Below, piece by piece: positions 47,752-60,663 of a stretch of DNA of 64,000 nucleotides; position 1 is the first letter of the stretch; each line of letters starts with the position of its first letter. The position numbers were made by a program, and so were the translations under genes. The notes beneath the pieces are model-generated. The model made no database searches, was not told where the DNA came from, and was given only the letters and a program-made list of their open reading frames with translations. Source of the DNA: Cenococcum geophilum (Eukaryota); NCBI GenBank assembly GCA_050273025.1, contig CP158635.1, forward strand, positions 27,652,001-27,716,000. The letters are read 5' to 3'.

Positions 47752-49618
47752 ATGCAGCTATGTCCCAGATTTATCTTCCGGCTTACGAAAGATACTTGGT
47801 TTTCAACCGCATCTTTTGTAGCTTCCGCTCAAAAATCTTCTGTGATGTCAAAGGGTTGCTCAACGGTTGCTGTGTTCGAGGGTAATCTGCTGTATCAAAA
47901 CAAACAAACTCGTGGGCCTTCTCCTTGGCGGCCGAAGAGCCCTTCAATTTCAGAAGGGTCTGCCCCTTCCTGGACTGTCGGTTCTACTGAGTCTTCAGAG
48001 AACTGTACCACAACCTCGGAGCCTGAAGTAAACATGTTCCCTCAAATCGTTGAAGACGCTTCGACCTGGTCCTACCCCAAACTCAACGAAAAGCCTTGGG
48101 AGAGCTTTGAAGAAGGCCTCAAAGCTAACAAAATTGAGTCACACTTAAAGCTTGACTCGATAATTTCCTGGACTGGGCAGCAGCTACATCTTTGCGTCTT
48201 CACTACCACCATCGACCCTATTGTGGAAAGACCCCTGGTAGAAAAGCCACAAATGCCTTCCAATAGCTTACCTAATACTTTACCTCAAATGCCAACCAAG
48301 TCTTCTAATTTTCTGGATGAATTGCACGACTTAGTAAAGCGGAAGCCTTCTCCCGTAACTGAATTAGGAGAGAAAAACAACAGTGTCAAACGTCTAAAAA
48401 TGTGCCCGGATCCTCAAGAGGGGAACACCAGTCGTGTTGGGTTTGGTTGTCCATTCTGCAAAGCCAATCCAGGGAGATATCGCTACGTCTACGGCGCTTG
48501 TACCTTTCCTCCGGGGTTTGACATAAAACGTACAACGTAAGCGCCTTCTATGAACTTAGTTTACTAAATCCACGCTTACTATTGCTACACAACAGGGAGC
48601 ATCTTAAAAGAAACCACTCGTCAAAGCACTGTTGTAAGAACTGCCGGAAAAAATTCACCGGAGCCGCTGAAAAGGCGCAGAGAGAACTTTTTGGGCACAT
48701 AAAGAGAGGAGGTTGTGATACGAAGCTGGAGTCGGTTGCTGATCCAGAGTGGATGTCTGAAAGGCAAGAGGAGGTGTTTAATCTCAATATTCTCAAGCGT
48801 TCTAGGACCACTGAAGAGGAGAGGTGGAAAGCTATTTACCGCTTTCTATTCCCTAAACACAGCTTTATCCCTAGTCCTTGTGAGTACTGCACTTTACATC
48901 CATAAGTGGCAATATCGTTACTGACACTCATACCTAAGATTGCGACTGCTATGTTTTCAATCAAGAAAATCTCGATGCACACAATGCTCGCAACCAAGCC
49001 TTCCCATCGCAAAACTACCATCCTGAAAATAGGATTATTCCAAATACTTTCCCGCGTTCACCGCTAGAGCCAAATGCCCCAAGCACGTATTCTTGTGAAG
49101 ATGCTACAGTATGGTACGTGCCTCAGAGTACGGGCGGCTCCCAAGAACCCTTGAAAGCCGGTTATATCCATCCACAAAACTCATTATCCACACCTATAAA
49201 TCGGGCCGGAGTCTCTGGGATAATTCTACCAGCTAGGCCAAGTCCTGAATGGCAGTCCTCAAACATGGTACAAAAAGACTATCCTTTAAACAATTTCGGG
49301 GAGGATCGTATGTCGCCATTGCATCCTGCACCTCCTCCGATCGAAAATCTTCAGTACCCACATCCCTTGACTTCTGCAGGCCTTGGCGAAGAGTCGCCAT
49401 CAACGACCTCTGGCCGTATCCCAGATTCCGGATATGGTTCACAAGAAGCTCCAAAGGCTGACAACGGAGAGAAAAGGAACCCTGAGCTGTCTCATGAAGG
49501 GAGTGTATATCAAGACGAACTCGAAGGGGATTTAGACACTTTTTATCTAGATGCGGAATACCCCTGGTGCATGCCACCCTTCGCTCGTCTACCTTCGTCA
49601 ATGAACTTTACCGACTAG
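47752..49618 (+). CDS. Fungal C2H2-type zinc-finger domain protein; exons ~47752-48536, 48596-48879, 48939-49618 (start uncertain)
   Basis: FGCPFCKANP...C...EHLKRNH...CKNCRKKF...H...ERWKAIYRFLFP...IPSPY pattern; two GT-AG introns join the three ORF segments in frame. Confidence 0.7.
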
Positions 49619-49980
49619 TCCCCTTCTAGACTTCGGAGAAACAACGTCTTCGATAGGGTCTCCTCTCCCATCCGCCCATTTGAACAGAAATAAGTCGGAA
49701 CGCATACATAATATTAGCGGATCCTTTCCTGTGTCATGGCGGTTATCTAAACCTTTAGCTAAAATGTCTCGTGCGTGCCGTCCTCAGGATGGCACAAAAG
49801 TACCCAAGCAGGTCCTGGAGATGAATTTTTGGGGGCGGCCTTGCATCGCGTTCATTACAAACCTTCTCCTTTTTCGATCCCGCTTTTGGGCTCAATTTAC
49901 ATTAGAACTTTTCGGCTTTCGCGTCTCGTGATTTGGGTTTCTTTCCAGTCCTAAGCGTAATGGTGGATATTAATGTTTAT

Positions 49981-50301
49981 CCCTTAACCCGCTGAAATTC
50001 GTCCATTCGGTATCGATAAGAACAAACCAATAAGATCAATGCAACCAAATCGTCGTGATTAGAAATACGAAGCCGTTGTAAAATCGGGCAGCGGCCACGG
50101 CTCTGGTGGTAGGTTTTTAGCGACCCGATTTAGTTAAACGTTGTATTGAGTCGGCTGAACAAGGTCTATATCATTAGAAGTACGATTGGAAAGCATGGCT
50201 GATGATATTGTATTGATTGAATCTATGTAGGGTATACGCGTACTTCTGATTCTGGTGTTCCGCACGGACCACACACTCGATGGACGCCAGCGGGTTAAGG
50301 G
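49981..50301. mobile_element. MITE with CCCTT termini and bipartite TIRs (piggyBac-like), second family
   Basis: Left end CCCTTAACCCGCT-gaaatt-CGTCCAT; right end (reverse complement) CCCTTAACCCGCT-gg-CGTCCAT; flanked TAT|...|ATA. Confidence 0.75.
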
Positions 50302-50570
50302 ATAGGAGGTGTGGGTTTGTTAAGGCGGCAAATTGAAAGCCTATTGATGGGAAACAACCTGTAGCCTCATTTGATGGCCTTATCCCTTGACACAGCAGGG
50401 TCCTTTGCCAAGGTCGCTTATATTCGCGACTTGATTCAACCGGGTATCTGTATTAACCCAGCTTTTCCAATTGGCCGATTCTTACCTAAGGACCAAAATT
50501 GCCATGTCAAGATATAAATCCTAGATGCTTTAAAGCTGGCTAACGGGCTGTATGCATTTCAAAATTTATA

Positions 50571-53030
50571 CGGAGGTCGCTGTCAAAAGTTCTTGCACCT
50601 TCCTAATTAGGAAAGTAGCCTTGACCGCCTAATGGCAGAATACTTATTTCATCGCAAATCGATTAAAAGTTGCTCAAAAGGCTTTAAATAAAATGCGATA
50701 TTAATGCGGTTGCTTTATCAATTAATTAGCTATATATTTTAAACGTCGCGAGCTCTGCGCGACCGTATAATCCTACCTTATACTAGCTTCTCTACCGAAT
50801 CTACGAGCCCCTCTGGTTGAGAAACCACCTTTCGTCGCAGCCGTCTTCCTGATTGCTTAATATTTGTTTATATAGACTTTTGGTATTATAGAGGCTCTAA
50901 AGGTTCTATAGAATAATCTATAGGTAGCTCTATTAACTTCTCTCTATTAATTAAGCTGCTAGTAGAGGCTCCGCCCTTATTTAGAGGCTCTATAGAATAA
51001 TCCGTGGGTGGCTCTATTAACTTCTCTCTATTAATTAAGCTGCTAGGAGAGGCTCTACCCTTATCTGGAGGCTTTGTAGAGGTAGTAGTAGAGTCCTTTT
51101 TTTTTACTAGCTTCTTTGTAGATTAATTAATTATATACCACCTAATATTTACTACTTCGCGTTAATCCTCCTACGGCTGCCGCTCTTACTACTACCTATT
51201 CTACTACTGCCTAATTTAAGGCTCTATAAAGCTAACTTTAAATATTGCCTTCTTAGTGTTTCTACCCTTTGTATTTAGTTGATTTTAAAGCTCTCGCGGC
51301 TGAGGAGGAAGAGGCTTAACGGGTGGTAGAGGCTTAAGAGGAGGCTTTTAGGAGGAAGGTTTTTAGGAGGAAGGTTTTAACTAAGTAGGCGGCTGATTAA
51401 GGGCCTATTTAGCTTAACAGCGGCGGCGCTGCTTTAGCTTATAATTGTTATATAGAGGCTCTAGATCTAGAAGTTTATTTGGAAGCTAAGGTCCTATTCG
51501 CATACACTTTAAAAGCTCTGGTTTTTACGGTTTTCTTAATAGGGGCTCTATAGGATTAACTTAATTAAGCCCTAAAAGCACCTGCTATTGTATATAAGCA
51601 ATTATATTATATTGATATCGCGCTATGCGCTTTAAAGCCTTCTAATCGCGAGTAGAGTCAGTAGCGCCTTTAATGTAGTCATTGCCACTTCTGTAGCGAA
51701 TTACCTCTTAAATATATTATGGTATTCGCTCAATCTAAGCTTAAATTCGCCACTACTTAAGCTCCTCCTAAGCCTATTGCTATACCCGTTTAGCTTCTGC
51801 TTAAGACTTTAGTGCTCTCTTCTTTATAGTAACTCGTTTAAGATATATCTAAGCTAGCTTAATTATATTTAGATTGGGTAAATTACCTAGCTAAATAAAA
51901 CGCTGGAGGTATGCTGCGTTAAAGTAGATCTACTAATAATACGATATGTAAGATAGAGCCTTATCCTCTTAGATAATAGTATCTGGGCGGTTAATTTAAC
52001 ATTTAACGCCAAAAGGAATAAGAATTGGTAGGAGAATTGTTGTTAGATAGCGGTACCAATTAATACCGCCTTTTTAGCTAGTTCGTTTAAAGGCGCCGTT
52101 TGCTTCTATTATGTGGAATTAAGGCTTTCTACCTAGCTTATTACGAAGCCCAAATTATTATATATTAGTGTTAAGTTCCTAAGCCTTCTAAAGCTCTGGC
52201 TTAATTGTATTATTAATTGCTTTAAGTTTACGCTTTACGGCCTCCTTTTATACTATAGTCTCCGGCTTCCATATATAGTAGGGTGACTTTTAATTATATA
52301 AAAAGGCGCCCTAAAATATAAACTCTGTTCCTTTAAGAAAGCGCGGTTAAATTACCTTCTTATTTACCTTCTTACTAGCTAGGCGCCAAAGCCTATAGCT
52401 ACCTCTTTAATAGCCTAAAACCACCCCCGTTTTATTAGTCCAGATAACATTTTTTTAATTCTTAATTATCTAGTATTAATACCGTAAGGCGAACTGTAGA
52501 CGAGCTTCTTTTATCTTTAGTAAAAGGTAGGGCTTTCTTATCGGCTTTATCTTGCGATATCTATGGCGGCGAAGAACTCGCTAAACGGTTTTTGCGGAGC
52601 AGCTACACTCAGCAGCAATATACGCGGAAGACTTCTCTCTTCTATATCAATCGGAGGTAGCTTTCTTAATTATTTGTAGTTTAAACTTGCGGGTAATCTT
52701 AATCTTTCTTCTGGTACGAGAAGCATTAATAATATAGCCGTTGAGAATTAGAGGATGAGAGACAGGGTCCCAGCCACGGCTGCGGGCTTTTGAGAAGATA
52801 TATTATAAATTACGACGCTTAATTTAAGTAATATTTTTGATATAGTCAAGAGTTGCTCCCATAGCCTTTATAGCCAGGGCCTAAGCCCTGGTTGCGAGCT
52901 GATGAAAGCCCATTATTAGCGTAGTTGTCGGGTGACGGAGGCAATTGAGGGGTGGAAGTATTCTGCCATTAGGCGGTCAAGGCTACTTTCCTAATTAGGA
53001 AGGTGCAAGAACTTTTGACAGCGACCTCCG
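50571..53030 (-). mobile_element. Tc1-like DNA transposon, RIP-inactivated
   Basis: Perfect 75-bp TIRs 50571-50645 and 52956-53030 with TA TSD. Transposase relic from ATG 52913 to ~51690 (NVIWTnkT, EDKALS). Confidence 0.92.
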
Positions 53031-53199
53031 TATTCCATCCTAGAATAATCAACAAACAAAAAATACTAAAATGTTTTGCAACAATGTATAACCGTTTGGA
53101 CATAGTAAGAGCATAAAGACTGCATATAGGGAAATTTTGCTAGGCGAGAACTTCAAAATTTTAAGTCGTTTTGCGAGGCGTCCTGGTCACATCTGCGTA

Positions 53200-54076
53200 C
53201 ACAAGGTACCGCCATAGTAGGACTTTAGCGAAAATCGCGAAAATCAAAGTTCCCTATACCCGTGCCGCTGTCGCGATCCACTTACCTCGTTACCGAGGTA
53301 AGTGCCGGCCAGCTCAACGAGTAGAGCCCACCTCAACGTCAGATTTGCCAAGACACCCAAATACTATCAATATTCTTATTATATATTATTAACGCCATAA
53401 CTACTAAGTATATTTGCGTCGAAAATAATATCTAGGAGGCTCTTAAAGAACTCCAAGAGTCTACCAAGCCCAATGTTGCAAAGGCTGCGCGCCGACACGG
53501 TGTTCCTAAATCACGCCTCCGCGCTCGGTGGAAAGGACGTTAATTACGTTGCGAGAGGCCTATAGTAGGTAGAAGGCTTATTAATAATTAAGACCTTACT
53601 CTTCGTAGCTATATTAATCGCTTGGATTTCTTATATACCGCCGCTTAACTACTAATAATACGTTCTATAGCAAATTAGATCTTAAATTAAGCTAACAAAA
53701 ATCTAGATTAGCCACTACCTTCTATTAGCTCTTACTTTGTTAAACGCTAGCTTAGCTACTACCTAAAGTACTATAAGCATAGGCAGAAAATAATAGAGCT
53801 TAAGCGTACAGCGGTATATAAGCTGAAGGATATTAAGGCGTAGTTTTATTAATACCGCGATATTATAATTAAGTATATAGTTATACCTACGGATATATAT
53901 AACTTTAATAAGTTAGGATTCCGCGTTAGTATTAATAAGGACCAGTAGATTATTATAAGGGAGCCTTATTAAAAAGCTTATATCTTTACAGATATAAATC
54001 GTGAGCTAGTTACTATAATAGAAATAATAAGTGGTAACGGAGTTAATCTATTACCTATAATTATACTTATAGGCGC
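53200..54076 (+). mobile_element. 5' part of a Fot1/pogo-like transposon, interrupted by Copia D (left boundary approximate)
   Basis: Transposase relic from ~53398: EALKELQESTKPNVAKAARRHGVPKSRLRARWKGR...DIYNFnkLGFRV...NRELVT. The right TIR lies outside the window. Confidence 0.8.
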
Positions 54077-54483
54077 TGTTGGACTCACAAGGGGATATCA
54101 CGTAGCTACGGTTCGTAGATAGTATGATAATTGTTATTCTTATTAATTAATTCTTGAAGAAAGGGGTAAGGAACTTAAGGTTCCTTACCACGCTAGTGCC
54201 GCGGCGGCACGTGACGGCAACTTGCCGCATGTAACGGTAACTTGCTATATATAGTGGCAATATACCTTATATAGTAACCACTTGCCTTTATTTCCAACAC
54301 TAGCAACTCTTTTTTTATAGTTGCTATCTATATATATATACCGCTTAACTAGCGTAATAAATATTAATCCTCTTTACTTACTATTGCTATTATAATATAA
54401 GTCTCGCTATCCTAAAATTTGCCTCTTAGTATATAGTGCTTTCTTATTTAGGAGTTATAGGTAGATATTGTATTCGGAGGGCC

Positions 54484-54660
54484 GCTAAGGCGCTAGTAGT
54501 AAGCGAGCTAATAGCGATTTTCTATCCCGGAGATGGAAAATCCTAATTAGCTAGATTAAGTTAGGCTCCCCCTTTAAAAAAGTCTTAGCAAGAGAATCTA
54601 ACTAATTAGATAACTTTAACCGCCGGTTAAAGTTCCTAGACATTTTAAGACCTTACGTAA
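54484..54660 (-). other. Conserved three-hairpin non-coding module in the 3' UTR of Copia D (homologue at 7083-7242)
   Basis: GATTTTCTATC-CCGGA-GATGGAAAATC, CTAATTAGCTAGATT...AATCTAACTAATTAG and AACTTTAACC-GCC-GGTTAAAGTT. Confidence 0.8.
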
Positions 54661-55107
54661 CTATGAAATTTCTAGGGACTCCCTTTTAACCTAACCTTTA
54701 ACTTATATATATAGAGTATTTATATTAATAAACGTCTCTAGTGCCTTATTTAGGTTTGCCTTTATTATTATATCTACTAGGTTATCTTAGCTATTAATCT
54801 ATTAAATCTTAAAGAGTTTTTAATGCTTATAGGATTGCTAAAGTGCTATAATATCGATTATAAGGCGCTTCTTTTTTATAGTATTAAGCTTAACTAAATA
54901 CTTATAGAGGGAATATAAGTTAGTGTATATAATTATAGGGATAATAAGAAGTTTAAGTTAATCTATAATTATCTTTAGGGTAGTTCCAATTGTAATTGCT
55001 ATATTAACTCCGCTAACTATTCTATATATCTCTAACGCTAAAATACTTTAGGTAACGCGCTTACTCTTAGTTAAGCTCTAATAGATAAAATTGCTATAAA
55101 TTATAAA

Positions 55108-58100
55108 TAATAATAATAATTCATTGCTTAACGTCCGATTTGGATCCCTACTAGGCCCACGCAGACTACTCCTTATTTATATATAGGGAGAAAACTCTAT
55201 TTAAGAAAAATGAGAAAACCCCGTAATCTATCTCCCCGCCTTTTAGGACTCGCCTACTTAGCGCCTGCGAGTCGCCTATAGTACTCTACTACCTTACTGT
55301 TTAACCTCTTTGGGAACCACTGCTGCCGTAATAAGCCTACGGACGCGCTAGTATTATAAACTTTTACTTTACTACTATAGAGTTACTAGGGGGCACCTGC
55401 TGCTTGCCCCCTTGCCTTCTATTACTATTTCCCTTATAACCCGGAACTGATTTAGTATATTTTAACTAATAAGCTACTAGGTAACCGCCTTAAGGCCTTT
55501 TTATATTAAGAGTAGTGTATTATAGTTCTCTATGCTAGCTGCTAAGAGCATTATTTCTTAATTAGTGCGTAGGGGGTATAGTAGTATTACGTGTTTTAGT
55601 GTCTGTCTTAGCCAGCTATATTTATATCTTAGGCTATCTACTAGGACACCCACCTAGTAAAGCCAATCTTTTAGTCCTATTATTCCTGTTCTTAAGAGTG
55701 TTGCTATTATATTTTCTACCTTTATTAGGCCTTCTTAGAGCCCTTAGGTATTTACCCCCTATAGCGTTAACTATACTATAGCTTGGGTTCGTTTTACCTA
55801 AGTCAGCCTCTGTACCTTTAACTCCTATTTACCTCTCTAGCATTAGTCCAACTAGTATTATATTACGGTAGATAGTTTTCTAGCGTTCTTGCGTGTTCTA
55901 CTTTAGCTCCTTTCTCTATCTTACTATTGTCTTTACTAACCTCTTACGCGTCTCCCTTTCTCCTCTATATAGGCCTAGGCCCTAAAGCGGCACCATTTTT
56001 CTTTTGCTTTCTTTACCTGTTTCTCTAATATCTCTTCCCTACTTTAGGGTTATTGGTTTATTCTCCTATAGGGCACCCTAGGGTCCCTCTATAGTTTACT
56101 TAAGCGTGTCTTAATATACTTTATAACATTAGAGTTGCGTTTATTTTGCGTTCTTTATATTATAGCGGCTTTAATATATAACTGTAGGGGGGGAATATTG
56201 GATTTCTTCTTAAGCAGTGCTATAGCTGTTTGCTTATATCCGCCTATAATACTCTAGAGGCAGGCTGTTTAGACCTTTTAAAGTAGTTTAAGGAGTAATT
56301 TTAGGGGGCCCTTCTTAGTTTCTCCAATGGCCTAGATACTGGATTTATATGTTATAGTTAGCCGGACAACTGCTATATATAGTAGGCGTGACCTCTAGAA
56401 GTATGGACCCTATATAGAATTAACAATCCTAGATAAAGCGATAAACTGTGCTTGGCCTTTATAGGCCGCTTATGCCGTATATACGCTCTACCGGAGCTTG
56501 CTATCTACCTATACTCCTAATACCCTTAGGCCCTAAACTGGTTAACCCCTAAAGCCTTAGATGCGAATTATATGCTAAAGATCTGTAAATTGGTTGCGTT
56601 TTCTTATAAAATGGATTAGCTAGTATTTCTTTAGTAAGAATTGGACTTTATAATGTTTTGCCCACTCTATATAAGTATTATAGGCTTTCTTTAGTATTCT
56701 ATAGTTCTCTATAGCTGTTAGCCTGTATATAATTAGGTTTATATTATTAATAAAGCCTATTCCCTAGGTTGCCCCTTTCTTAAAGGAGTTAAGTAGGTTG
56801 CTTATAAAGAAAAGGAAGAGTATAGGTAAGAGGGGTAATCCTTATAGTATTCCTGTTGTAACTGTAATAGGGGGGCTTTAGTATCCGTTAAAGACTAGTA
56901 ATGTTTCTTTCTAGCCTATAAACCCTTAGATAAATTATATAATCTATTCTAGAAAGCCCTTTGCCCTAAGGATATATAGGAGACGCTTGTGGGGTATATT
57001 ATTATAGGTACCACTAATATCTAGGCTAAGTATTAATACTATAAAGTCCTTTCGCATTACCCATGTAGATTTAATGGTGGTAGCGAGTAGCGTAAGTACT
57101 AATAGTGTTAAGCGGTTCTTTCTTGCCCCTATTTAGCTTTATAATAGTAGGGCATATTCCTTTACTATGTCTGCTATGTGTTCCGCTATTACCCTTTCTA
57201 AGATCTTGCTAAGGGTGTTTTCTAAGGCAATAGGGCGGTAGCTTTTTAGGATTAAGTAATCTGCTTTACCTTTTTTTTATAAAATAACCGTTGTTATAGA
57301 TCTTCCGAGTCGCGGGTAGTAGCCTATAATAAAGTATGCTTTGGCTATATCTGTAAGCTAAGGTGCTATAAGTGGCCTATAGGTTTTTAGGGCCTTATTT
57401 AGAATCCTATCTAGTCCTAGTGCTATATTATTTAAAAGGCGGCTAATAGTTCTAGCCATTTCCTCTATTGTTATGTCGCTGTTAACCCATAGGTAAGTCA
57501 CCGGTGTTTTACCTATAATATTACTAAGGTCTGCTAGAGCTGGTTAAGGGAAGAACCTTTCTATAAGGATCTTTGCCTTCTTATTATTGTTATTTATAGC
57601 TTATAATTCTCCTGCTCTTTATAGGGGTGGTAAATATAGGTCTTTTACTAGGCGCCCTGCCTTTTTTTTTACCTATTTTGCTATATCCTAAAGGCCCTTA
57701 TTATAGGGGAGGCTTGGGTTAAAAGTATGCTTGTTTATAAACCGTCTCCAGTTATTCCTTACTTCTTTTTTTAGGGTATTCTTTAGCTAGTTTCTTATGT
57801 CTTTGTATTATCTCTTGTCTTTAGGGTTATAGCTACTTATATATTTCCTTCTTGCTTATTATTAGCTAGTAACTAGAACTGCGCATTATATAGACTATAT
57901 ATATCGCGTATAGGGGCCCGGTTTTAAGATCGGGCAGTGCTCTTCTAGCCTATTTTTAATTACTACCTAGATCCTTTCTAGTCTTTAGTTGATTTCCTTG
58001 GGGGTAGTTAATAGGCCTCGCTTGTTTGGTATTGGGTGGATTTCTTCTAGGTCTTAGAGTTGTTGTTTAACTATATTAAGGAAACTATCTGTCTTAAGCT

Positions 58101-60663
58101 TCCTTATTGCGTATCTTTTTCTATTTAGTTACGCTTTGGTATCTAGGTCTAGCTGTATCTAGATAGGGATATAGTCTAGGGTAAGTGCCTATTTTTCTTT
58201 AGGGTTATACCTTTTAAGTCTCTAGTATAGGCCTTTGTCTATAAATATAAGGTCAATTATACTTCTGGCGGTGCCTTATTACTATATAATTGCTCCTAGG
58301 AAGGTAGCTAGCTTAAGGCCCTAGATATTTATAGCTCTTAGTAGGCACTTTAACTGTTAGTCTGCAGCAATATAGATACCCCCCTACCGCGGGTGGTAGA
58401 GGTTTATATCTCCTAATAGGATAAACTCTATACCTTCGGTTTCTAGTAAGCTTATTACTAATATAATATTCTCTGTTTATAGGACCCCTTTAACCCTAGG
58501 GTTATATATATTAATAATTTATACCGGTCCCCTATATATTTGGATTATTATAACTATAATGTCTAGGTTAACTGCCTGCTATAACTATAAGGATAGGCTA
58601 ATAGCCTTGCTAATTATAAAGTACATATATGTAACTGCTTTTAGTTTGTATAGGAGCTGGAATCCTTAGGGGCAGTATATTAATTATGTAAAGGTATTGT
58701 AATACAGCTCTTATATAGTAAGGATATAGTGTTTCTCTAGGTCTAGACTATTTAGTAGGGGCCTTGTAAGGCGGTGGTTTGTGTTGCCGCAGTTATACTA
58801 TATAATGGATAGGTGGCGGACCCCCAGCAAGGGTCCTTTAACTTTCCTTTATTCCTCACTTCTTCTATTTCTACTTTCTTTAGAATATTTAGAGCTTCTG
58901 TCTTTTATATCTACACCCTAGTTACTACTTATTTTGTGTAAAGCTTTCCATTCCTATATCTTATGTTCCTGTTAGCGCTTCTATATTTAAATCTATTATT
59001 ATTACCAGTTCTTCCTCTATTCTTACTAGTCGGCTATATACCCTTTATAGGTCGGCTATAAATATTATATTTGCCGTATTAAGTCTAATTCTTAATTGTT
59101 TTGGTCTTAAGCCTACTATTGCTGTCTATAGGGGTCTTCCTACGGGGCGTCCTCTCCCTTATGTCCCCTATAACCCTTATATCCCTAATCGGTCTAGTAA
59201 TATTACGCGGTGTTGCTTCTAGCCTATTAAGGCTTGGGATAGCTGGCCTAGCCCTCTAGTGTTAAAGGTAGGAAATGCTAGGAAGGCATCTACGTCCCCC
59301 TGGCTTATTGCCTATTATTTCTATTTATATAACCTAGCGTGCAGTTATTCTTGTAGCTATTAAGCCCTTACCTTCCGTCTCCTATATTTAATGCAGTCTT
59401 CTCTCTCCTACGCCTTATATGTGCTTTGGTGGCAGTTTACGTATTTTATTTGGTCTTAATTTAAGTAATATCTTGTATTATAGGGGCCTGCACAGTGGCC
59501 GCAGCACACCTGTGCTGCGTATATAGATTAGGTGTGTCCCTATTATATATAGTGATAGTATTATTCTAGGCGTAGTCTGTAGTTATAGAGCCTTATGTTA
59601 TATATAAGGCTATTTATAATTATTTCTTTTTAGATAAGGAGTTTTTGTATTCCTAGTATATATATACTAACAATAAGGGAGCTATATATTCGTCCGGCGT
59701 CTTCCTAGCAAGTCTCTAGCAACCCTTATATCCTCTTATTATTCTTATTATATACTTAGTTTATATTTTCCTGTTAAAGCTATTAGATTTAGGTGATTTT
59801 AAGTCCTAGTATAAGGCGTTCTATTTATCTTACTATCTTCTATATAATTACTGTATTATCCGCCTGGTGTCCCTTTTCTACCTTAAGGCTTATAGGAACC
59901 GCTAGGACTTTAACTAGGTAATCCTTATAGAGTACTTTTATGCTAATATGTTCTCCTAGCCTATCCCCTACCCTTACGGCTTATTCCTTTACCTATTAGT
60001 CCTTTAGGGTGACTCTAATGTCTCCGCTCTTAAGGTATTAAACTATAATAGCGTTATAGACCTCTTTACGTATCTCTATAAGGACTTCTGTTTCTAATTA
60101 TCCCCTAAGCCCCTCTGCTTGTTCTATATTTAGTTATATTATAATTATATACCTAGTTATTAACTTAAGGGGGGTAGGTTCCCTATGCTGTAAAAGCGCA
60201 GCTATAGCGGCCTAGGTGCGGTTTACTAGTAAGGGGGGGTTATACTTATTTTTAATTTTGCTTAGCCGTTAGAGGATTTAATTAAGGGTTTACTAAAGGG
60301 GTGCCTAAGGTTTACTAGACTAGCGGAGCCATTCTACTAGCTATATTAGTTCGTTATAGCTAACGGTTACTCCCCTATAATTTTAGATACTAGACGCGTC
60401 TAATAGGCTTTATATTTTGTTAGATGCCTTCTTAATAGAGGTATTTCCGCTTTATGGTGTAGTATTCGCCTATCTTTATTGTGGAGGGCCATTACTAGGC
60501 GTAGTTCTAGCGGTTACGCGCAAGTGCGAGCCACCGTCGTTCGACGTGTGCCTCCCCTGCGATGCATGCATCTTAGGGGGATTCTCTAGGTGTTTTTCAG
60601 GGTTCTTTTAGTTGGTTTTGGTCTTTTTGGGCCGGGTGCAGCAAGAGCTCCAGTGTTTAGTGT
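55108..60663 (-). mobile_element. Tad1-like LINE copy 2, apparently full length, RIP-inactivated, nested in the Copia D RNaseH region
   Basis: 17-bp TSD TTGCTATAAATTATAAA (55091-55107, 60664-60680); (TAA)n tail; colinear with copy 1 over ~5.5 kb. Confidence 0.93.
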
